Both the position numbers and the translations under genes were made by a program. Under the pieces are notes generated by a model. That model was given only the letters and a program-made list of their open reading frames with translations. It did no database searches and was not told the origin of the DNA. From an uncultured bacterium (lineage in GTDB: Bacteria; Fidelibacterota; Marinisomatia; SCGC-AAA003-L08; JACNLC01): a DNA stretch of 64,000 nt. The stretch is from the NCBI GenBank assembly GCA_964409335.1, contig CAYPCW010000007.1, positions 646-64,645 of the forward strand, in the 5' to 3' direction. Every line of letters begins with the position of its first letter. Position 1 is the stretch's first letter. This document shows positions 8,766 through 17,933 of this stretch, in pieces.

Positions 8766-10016
8766 TCAGGTCTTTTTGTCTTTTTTTCTGGCAGCGGGGA
8801 ATAACACATTGTTCAGGATCAACCGGTACCCCGGAGAATTTCTGTGAAGCGCCAGATCGGTGGGCGGGTCGCCCACATAATGACGATAATCTTCCGGATC
8901 ATGTCCCCCTAAAAAGGTAAACGATCCTTTCCCAACATTTCCGTGGATGTATTTCACCTGTTCTTCGTTGGGGACTTCACCCAGTATTACATCGCTTTTT
9001 TTCAGCGTACTCCGGCGAAACCCGGTGGTCTGACCCATGAATCCCTTCACTACCCCAACATGGTCCTGGGTAAGCATGGTGGGTACAGGATCCCATTTTG
9101 CGGAAAATTCAAATAAGGTAAAGTAGTCTGCCTCTGCACTCTTGGTCGTAGGCATGTGGCTGGGTGGAACGTCGATGGTAGAATACTCATACACATTGGG
9201 ATCGGTGTACAGTTCATAATTCTCAAAGGCGATCCCCCGGCTGAAGTCCAATTTATTGGCATAGTCGGGGTCCACAGGGGAGGCGTCATATACGGATGCG
9301 ACGATATCCGTATTCCCCGCCGCTAAGGAGATATCGAAAGAATCGGTTGCCGAGCACATGGCAAACATGAAGCCCCCGCTATCAACATAGTCCAAAATAG
9401 TTCGGGCAACCGCTTTTTTTAATTCCTGAACCGAGGCAAATCCATGTTGAGAAGCAATTCGTTTTGAATTTGCGACTTCCTGCTGGTACCACTGAGCATT
9501 ATGATAATTCCTGTAGAATTTGCCGTACTGGCCGGTGAAATCTTCGTGATGAAGGTGAAGCCAGTCGTAATCCTTCAGTTTTCCGGTGAGGACTTCGTGA
9601 TCGAATATCACATCGTACTTGATCTCCGCATAGGTGAGAGCCAGGGTGACGGCATCATCCCACGGCTGTTTATCAGGTGGAGAATACACCGCAATGTCCG
9701 GCGCTTTTTCCAAAAGGACGGAATCCATATTACTTTCATCGATGGTACCGTAGATGGTTGCTAAGGTCCCGCCATCCGGTTTTTCGAAAAAAACTCCCCT
9801 CAAAACGCATTCCCGGTCGATATTGGCAGCATAGTCCATAAGGAAAGACCCGCCGCGGTAATTCAACAGCCACTCAATGTTGGTACCCTGGGCAAGCACC
9901 CAGTATGCGACACCATACGCTTTCAGATGATCCGTTTGGGACAGGTCCATCGGGATCATTAATTTTTGCCCCCAAACGGGTATGATTAGTAAACTCAATA
10001 TTATCGCTTTTTTCAC
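8766..10016 (-). CDS. conserved secreted protein of unknown function (family often labelled asparagine synthetase B in FCB genomes)
   Basis: Preferred start is the GTG at 10016, giving signal peptide (M)KKAIILSLLIIPVWGQ after an AAGGAA SD. The mature N-terminus LMIPMDLSQTDHLKAYGVAYWVL matches a motif I remember from that family. The track ORF extends to 10112. Confidence 0.65.
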   Translation of the reverse strand: MKKAIILSLLIIPVWGQKLMIPMDLSQTDHLKAYGVAYWVLAQGTNIEWLLNYRGGSFLMDYAANIDRECVLRGVFFEKPDGGTLATIYGTIDESNMDSVLLEKAPDIAVYSPPDKQPWDDAVTLALTYAEIKYDVIFDHEVLTGKLKDYDWLHLHHEDFTGQYGKFYRNYHNAQWYQQEVANSKRIASQHGFASVQELKKAVARTILDYVDSGGFMFAMCSATDSFDISLAAGNTDIVASVYDASPVDPDYANKLDFSRGIAFENYELYTDPNVYEYSTIDVPPSHMPTTKSAEADYFTLFEFSAKWDPVPTMLTQDHVGVVKGFMGQTTGFRRSTLKKSDVILGEVPNEEQVKYIHGNVGKGSFTFLGGHDPEDYRHYVGDPPTDLALHRNSPGYRLILNNVLFPAARKKDKKT

Positions 10017-10186
10017 ACTATTCCTTTTTGGGTTTGGATCTATTCTGGTTTTCATCCTCCCGGGATGAGAAAAACCAGAAGGGTAAATCGGGTGGAAATT
10101 TATCAATTTCATGCGGAGGGATTTAAGCCCAATCTGAGGAGGATGTTCCGTGGAATCCTGTTATACGGGGAACCCTCTGAATCGGC

Positions 10187-10636
10187 TTATCTGTCAAATC
10201 GTTTTTTCAGTCTGGGCAGAACTACTCTCAGCCAGGCAAGTGAGAAATAATTGAATGCTTCATCCCATTGACCGCCGGTGCCCCAGCCATCGTGGTGAAA
10301 GATGACCCGGGTCCGGTCATTGTCCTGCGCTTCAAACCGGATTACCACGTGTGTCTTCTGGTTTCGGACATCCGCTAAATGGGGCGGGGCATTCCAGGTA
10401 AAAGCCAGCATCGTAAACTGTTGTATTGCTAATATTGTTGCCCCTTCCGATCCCCTGAATCCGGGCTCCGCATCCGGATGGAAAATGATTTCATATTTGC
10501 CGTCAACCTTCATTTCAATCTCTGCAGCAGACGCAAAAAAGGATTTAATCCCCTCTTCAGTCGTCCAGGCATCCCAGACTTCCCTAATGGTTGCGTGACA
10601 GAGGACTTCCCCGTTGATGCTTCGGTTTGCGTTCAT
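10187..10636 (-). CDS. SRPBCC/AHSA1 (Aha1-like) domain protein
   Basis: IREVWDAWTTEEGIKSFFA ... LAFTWNAPPHL ... THVVIRFE ... RVIFHHDGWG is the typical AHSA1/SRPBCC pattern. ATG at 10636 (MNANRSING) is preceded by an SD-like GAGG. The track ORF extends to 10720. Confidence 0.8.
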   Translation of the reverse strand: MNANRSINGEVLCHATIREVWDAWTTEEGIKSFFASAAEIEMKVDGKYEIIFHPDAEPGFRGSEGATILAIQQFTMLAFTWNAPPHLADVRNQKTHVVIRFEAQDNDRTRVIFHHDGWGTGGQWDEAFNYFSLAWLRVVLPRLKKRFDR

Positions 10637-10650
10637 GACCTCAATTTCCT

Positions 10651-11301
10651 TTATTTTCGTTTGGCTACCAAATGCGCCCATGCGTGACGTTCCGGCAGGC
10701 TGTCCCCATGGCGGTGCCATGGACCAATTTCCTCACGATGATAAATAACTTCTACATCCCGAAAAAGGAGAAGGATTTCTCCGGGCAACAAAAAGGTTCG
10801 GATCGTTCCTTTATCGAGGATAAAGGAAAGTTCTCCAATCTGCTTTCCGGATTCCGAATAGCGTTTAAAAGACGAATCCACAGAGGTGAATGCCGTGATG
10901 AACATAAGACTGCCCGGGCAGGTCCATTCCATCATCCGTTCAGTTAACAGCCGAATGTCTTCGCGGGTCAGGATGGGGATGAGACCAAACGCCAGGATCG
11001 CGCCAAATGCGGGGATCGTTGGAGAATAATTCTGAAAGGATGCGACTGAAGCGAAGAGCTCCAGATTTGCCTGTTTCGCATTTTCCAGGGTCTGTGTCAC
11101 CGCTTCCGGCACCGGATCAACAGCCATCACCGTCAACCCCTTTTTTGCAACGTACAGGCTGTTCCTCCCCTGTCCGCATCCCAAATCCAGAACCGGTGCG
11201 AATGTGGGGATGTGATCTACCCAGGCTGCTAATACCGGTTCGGGTCTGGCACCGAAGATACCCTCTCCCGACCGGTACATTGTGGAAAAATCCTTATACA
11301 T
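10651..11301 (-). CDS. class I SAM-dependent methyltransferase (TehB-like)
   Basis: SAM motif I VLDLGCGQGRNSLYVAKKG with a TehB-like length. Start is ambiguous: ATGs at 11316, 11301 and 11280. The longest ORF start, 11394, overlaps the upstream gene by 100 bp. Confidence 0.75.
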   Translation of the reverse strand: MYKDFSTMYRSGEGIFGARPEPVLAAWVDHIPTFAPVLDLGCGQGRNSLYVAKKGLTVMAVDPVPEAVTQTLENAKQANLELFASVASFQNYSPTIPAFGAILAFGLIPILTREDIRLLTERMMEWTCPGSLMFITAFTSVDSSFKRYSESGKQIGELSFILDKGTIRTFLLPGEILLLFRDVEVIYHREEIGPWHRHGDSLPERHAWAHLVAKRK

Positions 11302-11950
11302 TTGTGGGTTTCTCATATACACGCATCTGCCAGAACAGGGACTTGCGAACCATCTGCAGGCAAAACCCCTTCTGTTGAAGGATGGCATCCACATCGGCGG
11401 TGGAATGGACGTACACTTTGAAGGATATCCTGCGGAGCTTCAATACCCAGTGTACCATCGGAAGACTCCATTTCAACAGTCGTCTTTCCCGGGGGAAAAC
11501 CAACCCGTAAGTCCGTTTTGCCAAGCCCGCAGATTTGGAGACCAGTGTCTGCATATCCGGGTAGCAGCAGATGACCCGGTCCAGTGTAACGATATCCGCT
11601 GTTTCCGGTTGAATGGCCTCGTCCGTAAAATCACCATGCATTCTCTGAATTTTATCGCCGATACCCTGCTTTTCCGCTATCTGCGCCGCCAGATCGTGAT
11701 AAGCTGAAGACGCATCAATACTGTTCACTTGTGTCACACCGTACTTTAGTAATTCGATCTGGATAGCGCCGATCCCGCCACCGATATCGATGAGGGATAC
11801 CCCGTCACCCGTTAATCCTGCCGACACCCCCTCAATGAGCCAGCGGGTGGTTTTCCGGGGTCCCCGTTTTTCAAAACGACGGATCTCCCGGCGGGCGGTT
11901 CTGACATTAAATATTTTCTCAATTCCGGTACATTGACAGCATTCATACAT
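11294..11950 (-). CDS. class I SAM-dependent methyltransferase with a Cys-rich N-terminus
   Basis: N-terminus MYECCQCTGIEKIF and SAM motif I LIDIGGGIGAIQIELLKYG. Confidence 0.8.
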   Translation of the reverse strand: MYECCQCTGIEKIFNVRTARREIRRFEKRGPRKTTRWLIEGVSAGLTGDGVSLIDIGGGIGAIQIELLKYGVTQVNSIDASSAYHDLAAQIAEKQGIGDKIQRMHGDFTDEAIQPETADIVTLDRVICCYPDMQTLVSKSAGLAKRTYGLVFPRERRLLKWSLPMVHWVLKLRRISFKVYVHSTADVDAILQQKGFCLQMVRKSLFWQMRVYEKPTNV

Positions 11951-12006
11951 CGGGAACTCCTTTTATGCTTTGGATGATGATGGTTATTTGAAAGATTCCG
12001 GCGGCG

Positions 12007-13080
12007 TCAAAAATTCAGGGTGATCTGATCTATGGATTCTTCAGTTGTTTCCGGCTCTAAATTTGAAAAGGAAACTCCCAACAATCGTATGGGTTTTTTG
12101 GGCGGATGGGGTGTGCCGAGCAGTTCCAGTGACTTTTCCAGCAGCTCTGCATGCCCCTTGACCGATTCACCGAAAGTACGGCTGCGGGTGTGTATCTCAA
12201 AATCGTGGTATTTGATTTTCAGCGTAAGGGTACGGCCTGTAAATTGTTTTTTCTCCATCCGTTCCCATACTTTGCGGCAAATGATACCCAATTGGATGAT
12301 CATGGATTCCCGGTCTTTCAGGTCATCGTCGAAAGTCCGTTCCGCACCCAGAGATTTCCGCGTTCTCAGAGATGAGACTTCCCGGTTGTCCTCGCCTCTC
12401 ACCGCGTGATAGTAATACCCGCCGGGTTTCCCGAATTTCAAAAGCAGGCCTTCACGGGACCATTGTTTTAAATCCATGCCTGTACAGATGCCCAGGGATT
12501 TCATTTTTTCCGACGTCACCTTCCCAATGCCATAGAATTTTTCGATAGGCAGGGTTTCCAGAAATCTGATGGCTTTTTCCGGCGGGATGATGGCCAGTCC
12601 GTCGGGTTTGTTCAAATCGGAGGCGATCTTTGCCAGAAATTTATTATAAGACACCCCTGCAGAGGCCGTGAGTTGAGTCTCGGCTTTAATGCGAGCGCGA
12701 ATTTCCCGGGCAATCGCCGATGCTGAATTGAACCGGACTTTGTTACAGGTGACATCCAGATAGGCTTCATCCAGGGATAGGGGTTCTACCTTGTCGGTGT
12801 AGTCGCGAAAGATTTTCATGATCTGCCGGGATACGGCACTATAGACATCGAAGCGGGGTCTCACAAAAATGATCAGAGGACATTTTTTATACGCCGTCCG
12901 CGAAGGCATTGCAGAGTGTACACCGAACTTTCGTGCTTCATAACTTGCCGCTGTCACTACCCCGCGGATTTCCGACCCGCCGACCGCAACCGGTTTACCC
13001 CGATACGCCGGATTGTCCCTCTGCTCCACTGACGCGTAAAATGCATCCATGTCAATGTGTATGATTTTTCGGCATTCCAT
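12007..13080 (-). CDS. dinB: DNA polymerase IV (Y-family)
   Basis: IIHIDMDAFYASVEQRDNPAYRGKPVAVGG and SLDEAYLDV motifs in 357 aa. Confidence 0.95.
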   Translation of the reverse strand: MECRKIIHIDMDAFYASVEQRDNPAYRGKPVAVGGSEIRGVVTAASYEARKFGVHSAMPSRTAYKKCPLIIFVRPRFDVYSAVSRQIMKIFRDYTDKVEPLSLDEAYLDVTCNKVRFNSASAIAREIRARIKAETQLTASAGVSYNKFLAKIASDLNKPDGLAIIPPEKAIRFLETLPIEKFYGIGKVTSEKMKSLGICTGMDLKQWSREGLLLKFGKPGGYYYHAVRGEDNREVSSLRTRKSLGAERTFDDDLKDRESMIIQLGIICRKVWERMEKKQFTGRTLTLKIKYHDFEIHTRSRTFGESVKGHAELLEKSLELLGTPHPPKKPIRLLGVSFSNLEPETTEESIDQITLNF

Positions 13081-13162
13081 GGGGGGATAATTTAGAAAAG
13101 AATGGGAATTCTCACCTGCGGGTAAGCGAACGGCGGCGATGTTGTGTTATTTTTTTCTTTTA

Positions 13163-13179
13163 TTGAGAATGATTCTCAA
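13163..13179. promoter_or_regulatory. perfect 8-1-8 palindrome TTGAGAATGATTCTCAA, a Fur-family (7-1-7) like operator
   Basis: The core TGAGAATnATTCTCA differs from the Fur 7-1-7 consensus TGATAATnATTATCA only by a symmetric T-to-G change. It lies in the divergent region between dinB (start 13080) and the secreted protein gene (start 13235). Confidence 0.4.
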
Positions 13180-13234
13180 TTTAATATTGGATGGGTATTC
13201 TATCATTTTTTTTAATCATTAAAGGACACTAAAC

Positions 13235-13936
13235 ATGAAATTATTTACACTGATTTGTATCACTATCCTCTGTTGCCATATGATACGGGGCGATGAACGG
13301 CACTTCGTCTGGACCTACGAAAGCCAGATGACCCCACCCGGGGAAGCCGAACTGGAAACCTACCTCACCACATCTGCATCGGATGCACAGGAGTGGGAAC
13401 ACACCACATCAACGGTCCAGCAATTCGAGTTGGAAGTGGGAATGAGTGAACATCTGGATTTCGGAATCTACCAACTTTTTAAGACCAATCCCGGTCAGGC
13501 GGTCACGTATGAGGGATTCAAACTTCGCTGGAGGTACCGTCTGCCGGATCGTCTCGTACCCGCATTTTCTCCCATCGCTTATGTGGAATACAAAGGGTCC
13601 CCCGGATTTTCAGAGCACGAGATTGAGACCAAACTTATCCTCACTCACTCTATGAACCGGTGGACGTTTGCGGTAAATCCTCAAATAGCATGGGAATATG
13701 ACGATTCCTGGAACGCCGCCTGGAAGGTGTCTGCAGGTCTGAATTTTCGGTTACACAAATTACTGGCTCCGGGTATGGAAGCCTTTGTAAACGACCAAAG
13801 TCTGTACGCAGGACCGGTGATCTCCCATGGAAAAGGGGATAAATGGGTAGCCCTTGGGGGCGCTTTTCGTCTGCGATCATTTTCCGGTTCTGCACCGGAA
13901 GTTCAAATCCGGCTGATCATGGGATTCGGTTTATAA
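13235..13936 (+). CDS. secreted protein, probable small outer-membrane beta-barrel
   Basis: Signal peptide MKLFTLICITILCCHMIRG. Alternating amphipathic strands with aromatic girdle residues (FKLRWRYRL, IAYVEYKG, WKVSAGLNFRL). No family recognised. Confidence 0.55.
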   Translation: MKLFTLICITILCCHMIRGDERHFVWTYESQMTPPGEAELETYLTTSASDAQEWEHTTSTVQQFELEVGMSEHLDFGIYQLFKTNPGQAVTYEGFKLRWRYRLPDRLVPAFSPIAYVEYKGSPGFSEHEIETKLILTHSMNRWTFAVNPQIAWEYDDSWNAAWKVSAGLNFRLHKLLAPGMEAFVNDQSLYAGPVISHGKGDKWVALGGAFRLRSFSGSAPEVQIRLIMGFGL

Positions 13937-13951
13937 CTCAACCGAAAAGTA

Positions 13952-13990
13952 AAAGGGGAATCCACGGGTCTGGTGGATTTCCCCTTTTTA
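13952..13990. terminator. hairpin between convergent genes
   Basis: AAAGGGGAATCCAC-gggtct-GTGGATTTCCCCTTT followed by a T run. The right arm overlaps the phhB stop codon. Confidence 0.6.
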
Positions 13991-14326
13991 TGTGTATTCA
14001 CCGTCGGATTTTGCCGCCATGATAAAATCATTAACATGCAGTCCTTTGATCTTGTGGGTCCACCAGGTGACGGTAACTTTCCCCCACTCCGTCAGCAGCT
14101 CAGGATGGTGTCCCTCCACCTCGGCGACGGCACCAATGAGGACGGTGAACGCCAACGCCGATTCGAAATTGTGGAAAGAATAAGCCCGGGTGAGTTTGTG
14201 TATCCCGGCGTCATCGATGACCTTCCACTCCGGGATCAGAGGTAAGTAGCGTTTCATTTCCGCCTCCGTGGCTTTCGGTGCGCCTACCCGGCAGGCTTCG
14301 CATTTAATTTGTGTCAGTTCGTTCAT
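13988..14326 (-). CDS. phhB: 4a-hydroxytetrahydrobiopterin (pterin-4a-carbinolamine) dehydratase
   Basis: 112 aa with AEVEGHHPELLTEWGKVTVTWWTH, the PCD/DCoH signature. Confidence 0.9.
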   Translation of the reverse strand: MNELTQIKCEACRVGAPKATEAEMKRYLPLIPEWKVIDDAGIHKLTRAYSFHNFESALAFTVLIGAVAEVEGHHPELLTEWGKVTVTWWTHKIKGLHVNDFIMAAKSDGEYT

Positions 14327-14580
14327 GAAATCCCTCCTTGTATTGTTATCAGGTCCGTTTTATTCAGGGGTAAAATTTAATATGGATTGGATTTACATCG
14401 ATTTTACCTGTTATTCCGGGAGAAACGACTTTAAATCTCATCCTATTCAACCTGTTGAAATGTTTAAACATTCCCTCCCATGCCAGAGTTATTTTAGGGA
14501 TGGATAACCCTGTGTTAGAAACGATAAAAATGGAGGAGATAACAATCCCGCTTAATTGTCATTTTCAAGAGGTGATGGAT

Positions 14581-15138
14581 TTAGGCTAACATTGCATACT
14601 GCTGCCAGAATCTCACGGATTCTGCCCATTCTTCTGATGAATACTGTGCAGCGGTACCGCCGGGGCATTCCAACTGGTTTCTCATCATGGTGACGGGTCC
14701 CATCGGCAGGTGCCGGATGCCTTCCGGGATGACGTTAAAGGCAATGAGTTCCCAATCGGCATCGGTCTCATGTTCATGAGTCTCAGCCAGGACCTCGTGC
14801 TGGTACAGGATCAATTCTACTTTTCCTGTTTTCATGGGTTCACCCTTCAGCGCACGAATGCGGATATACGGGTCTTCAGATTCCCGCCTGCGATGGACTT
14901 CTGCCACGAGCGGAGTATTGTCGGTAACCCGGACCATGGGTGAAAAAAAGTGCTTCAGCAGATGATCAGCCACTTCCACCCGCACCACACCTTCCCGGTA
15001 ACCCGGGGTAAATTTCCCCTGGTTCAGTTGGATTTCCCCATGGGCGGCGATCTCTTCGAAGGAGATTCCCTCTGCCCAGGACTTCCCTGCCCCCTTCACC
15101 TGGCGGGTGACAAATCGACTTAAAGTCACGGTCTGCAT
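14581..15138 (-). CDS. conserved hypothetical protein (possibly DUF3228-like)
   Basis: 185-aa soluble ORF with clean codon structure. The family assignment is from memory only. Confidence 0.6.
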   Translation of the reverse strand: MQTVTLSRFVTRQVKGAGKSWAEGISFEEIAAHGEIQLNQGKFTPGYREGVVRVEVADHLLKHFFSPMVRVTDNTPLVAEVHRRRESEDPYIRIRALKGEPMKTGKVELILYQHEVLAETHEHETDADWELIAFNVIPEGIRHLPMGPVTMMRNQLECPGGTAAQYSSEEWAESVRFWQQYAMLA

Positions 15139-15182
15139 ATTTTAATTTCCCTTCACATTTTCGTCGGTAAATGTAAGTAATT

Positions 15183-16133
15183 ATGCTCAATTTACACCAT
15201 GAAATTCCAATTGATATTCTACTTCGCCCAATGACCGACACCCTCAGGGGGACGCTCTCAACGACGGCGTCCTTTTTCATTTGGGGGATGATTCCCATCT
15301 ATTGGAAATTTCTGCAGAGTCTTCCCTCCACCCATGTGATGGCGCACCGGGTAATCTGGTCGTTGGTGTTTGTAGTATCTATGTTATTTTTCCAGCAACG
15401 GTGGAGCGAGGTAAAAACGGCTTTAAGGAACCCGACCCTACGGTACACCCTGATGCTTACCGCATTTCTGATTGGCATAAACTGGCTGCTTTATATTTGG
15501 GCAGTGAATCATGACCATATCGTTGAAGCCAGTCTGGGTTATTTTATCAACCCGCTGTTTAATATGGTATTGGGAATCATTTTTTTAAAGGAAAAGCTTC
15601 ACCGGTGGCAGTTTGTGTCTGTTGTTCTCGCCGTCATCGGGGTGATCTTTCTGACCATTGAATTTCACAGGTTACCCTGGATCGCCCTGGCATTGGCATT
15701 TTCATTTGGATTTTACGGGTTACTCCGGAAAACAGCACAGGTACAGTCCGTGCCCGGCTTTTGTGTCGAATTGATGATTTTATTTCCCCTGGCATTGGGG
15801 TATCTGATCTGGTTTACCGGCGCGCCGGGTTTTTTCGGATCAGCGCGTGGAACTATTTACGCATTGTTGTTAGGCTCTGGGGTGGTGACAGCAATTCCCA
15901 TGTTATTATTTGCTCACGGCGCAAAACGTATTCCGTATATCACAGTGGGGTTTATCCAGTACCTTGCCCCTACAGGACAGCTGCTTTCAGGGGTATTTCT
16001 GTTTAATGAGCCGTTCACGACATCCCATTTTATTTCATTCGGATGTATCTGGTCAGGACTGATTCTGTATTCGACCACCGTGGTATTTCAGTACCGGGGG
16101 CTAAAACCAAAGGCGGAATCAATAGCAATTTGA
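15183..16133 (+). CDS. rarD: EamA-family permease RarD
   Basis: FFIWGMIPIYWKFL ... HRVIWS ... with 10 TM segments, the RarD pattern. An alternative start is the ATG at 15231 (MTDTLRG). Confidence 0.85.
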   Translation: MLNLHHEIPIDILLRPMTDTLRGTLSTTASFFIWGMIPIYWKFLQSLPSTHVMAHRVIWSLVFVVSMLFFQQRWSEVKTALRNPTLRYTLMLTAFLIGINWLLYIWAVNHDHIVEASLGYFINPLFNMVLGIIFLKEKLHRWQFVSVVLAVIGVIFLTIEFHRLPWIALALAFSFGFYGLLRKTAQVQSVPGFCVELMILFPLALGYLIWFTGAPGFFGSARGTIYALLLGSGVVTAIPMLLFAHGAKRIPYITVGFIQYLAPTGQLLSGVFLFNEPFTTSHFISFGCIWSGLILYSTTVVFQYRGLKPKAESIAI

Positions 16134-16238
16134 CAACACGTGAAGGATATCTGATTTTCTCATGTAATAACCGGGTGGTAATCCGTTGAAAGGCTGGAAC
16201 CGGAGGTTCTAAATTTGTGTAATTTATAAGGAGAGAAA

Positions 16239-17015
16239 ATGTCTGATTGGGCTGTTATTCTGGGTTCATCCAGTGGCTTTGGCGCAGCGACTGCCCGTGC
16301 TTTGGCGAAAAAGGGAATCCATATTTACGGCGTCCATCTGGATCGCCGTGCGGCAATGGAACCGATTGACAAACTTATCGGAGAGTTGAAATCCGAAGGC
16401 GTACATGTTATATTCAACAATGTGAGCGCAACAGACGAACCCGCCAGGAAGCAGATCGTCGCAGAATTATCAGGCATGGAAAATATCCGCGTTAAAATAC
16501 TGATGCATTCACTGGCATTCGGTGCCTTAAAGCCGGTGATTGGGGAAGATTTGATCCATTCCCTTACCCAGCGTCAGATTGAGATGACTTTGGATGTGAT
16601 GGCCTGCAGCATTTTATACTGGGCACAGGATCTGTTTTATGCGGGTCTGCTGCAGAAAGGGAGTCAGATTTTTGGCATGACCAGTTCAGGAGGACACCGG
16701 CAGTGGCAAAGTTATGGCGCCGTGTCTGCAGCCAAAGCAGCCTTGGAATCCTACTGCCGTCAACTAGCGGTAGAATTATGCTCTCATGGGATCGCCAGTA
16801 ATACGATTCAGGCGGGTGTTACCAATACGCCCGCACTTCGGAAAATTCCCGGGAGCGCTGACATGATCGACTATGCGGTCAAACTGAATCCGGGAGGACG
16901 ACTGACTGTTCCTGATGACGTAGCGCAGACCATCGCCCTGCTGGGTCTATCTGAAAACAGCTGGCTTACCGGAAATACGATACGGGTGGATGGGGGTGAA
17001 GACATCATGGGGTGA
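16239..17015 (+). CDS. SDR-family oxidoreductase, enoyl-ACP reductase (FabL/FabI)-like
   Basis: Rossmann motif GSSSGFGAA. The catalytic spacing Y-x6-K (YGAVSAAK) is typical of enoyl reductases rather than classical Y-x3-K SDRs. Confidence 0.75.
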   Translation: MSDWAVILGSSSGFGAATARALAKKGIHIYGVHLDRRAAMEPIDKLIGELKSEGVHVIFNNVSATDEPARKQIVAELSGMENIRVKILMHSLAFGALKPVIGEDLIHSLTQRQIEMTLDVMACSILYWAQDLFYAGLLQKGSQIFGMTSSGGHRQWQSYGAVSAAKAALESYCRQLAVELCSHGIASNTIQAGVTNTPALRKIPGSADMIDYAVKLNPGGRLTVPDDVAQTIALLGLSENSWLTGNTIRVDGGEDIMG

Positions 17016-17079
17016 AATATTCTCTGATCAGTTAAAAATTACCGGCAAAACGTTCAGAACCAAATGTTGTATATCATTG

Positions 17080-17922
17080 ATGAAAAATCAACGTGATCCC
17101 ATCCAAATTATTCTGGAACAAGCCCTGGCGGAGGATCTGGGTGACGGTGATATTTCCTCCAATGCCACGGTACAGGAAGATCTATTATTATCCGGACGGA
17201 TTATCGTTAAAGAAGCAGGAATCATTGCAGGGCTGTCGATTGCTGAAAAAGTATTTCGACTGACGGACGAGAGATCACATATGCACGCCATGATCAGGGA
17301 GGGATGTCCGGTAACCCCTCAGCAAATTGTGGCTGAAGTATCCGGTCCGGGGAGGGCGCTGTTGTCAGGAGAGAGAACCGCGTTGAACTTTTTGCAGAGG
17401 ATGTCCGGTATCGCAACCCTCACGCGGCAATTCGTGGATCGGGTAAAACACACGAAAGCAGTAATTCTGGATACACGGAAGACAGCACCGGGACTTCGGT
17501 ATTTTGATAAATTGGCAGTAAAAACCGGCGGAGGTGAAAATCATCGCTTCGGCCTGTTCGATATGGTGATGATCAAAAACAACCATATTACCGCTGCCGG
17601 TTCCGTTACCAATGCCGTATCAAGGGTGCTCGAGGCTGATCTTCGGGGTCGAAAGCTCATTGTTGAAATTAGAAATTTTCAGGAATTGCAGGAAGTGTTG
17701 ACACTTAAAATTGATCGTATCCTTTTGGATAACATGTCTCTTGATGAGATAAAAATAGCCGTCAGTGAGATAAACGGAAAATATCCCGTTGAGGTATCAG
17801 GTAATGTAAATCTGGACAATGTCGCAGCCATTGCAGAGACCGGCGTAGATTACATTTCCATTGGCAGAATTACCCATTCGGTGAGAGCCATGGATATCAG
17901 CTTAATAATATTCAAACCATAG
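17080..17922 (+). CDS. nadC: nicotinate-nucleotide pyrophosphorylase (carboxylating)
   Basis: ALAEDLGDGDISS, ERTALNFLQRMSGIAT and ILDTRKT.PGLR motifs. Start chosen at ATG 17080 (MKNQRDPIQ). The longer ORF from 16990 overlaps the SDR gene. Confidence 0.92.
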   Translation: MKNQRDPIQIILEQALAEDLGDGDISSNATVQEDLLLSGRIIVKEAGIIAGLSIAEKVFRLTDERSHMHAMIREGCPVTPQQIVAEVSGPGRALLSGERTALNFLQRMSGIATLTRQFVDRVKHTKAVILDTRKTAPGLRYFDKLAVKTGGGENHRFGLFDMVMIKNNHITAAGSVTNAVSRVLEADLRGRKLIVEIRNFQELQEVLTLKIDRILLDNMSLDEIKIAVSEINGKYPVEVSGNVNLDNVAAIAETGVDYISIGRITHSVRAMDISLIIFKP

Positions 17923-17933
17923 CAAAGGATAAT

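Noticed and set aside
13988-14326. Functional link between orphan phhB (PCD) and the Moco operon
   Set aside because: PCD-family proteins have been proposed to act in Moco metabolism. Here the gene is about 37 kb from the moa operon and not co-oriented with it, so the window gives no support for the link.
16990-17079. N-terminal extension of nadC overlapping the SDR gene
   Set aside because: The extension (MGVKTSWGEIFSDQLKITGKTFRTKCCISL) has no NadC homology. The conserved NadC N-terminus begins at the ATG at 17080.
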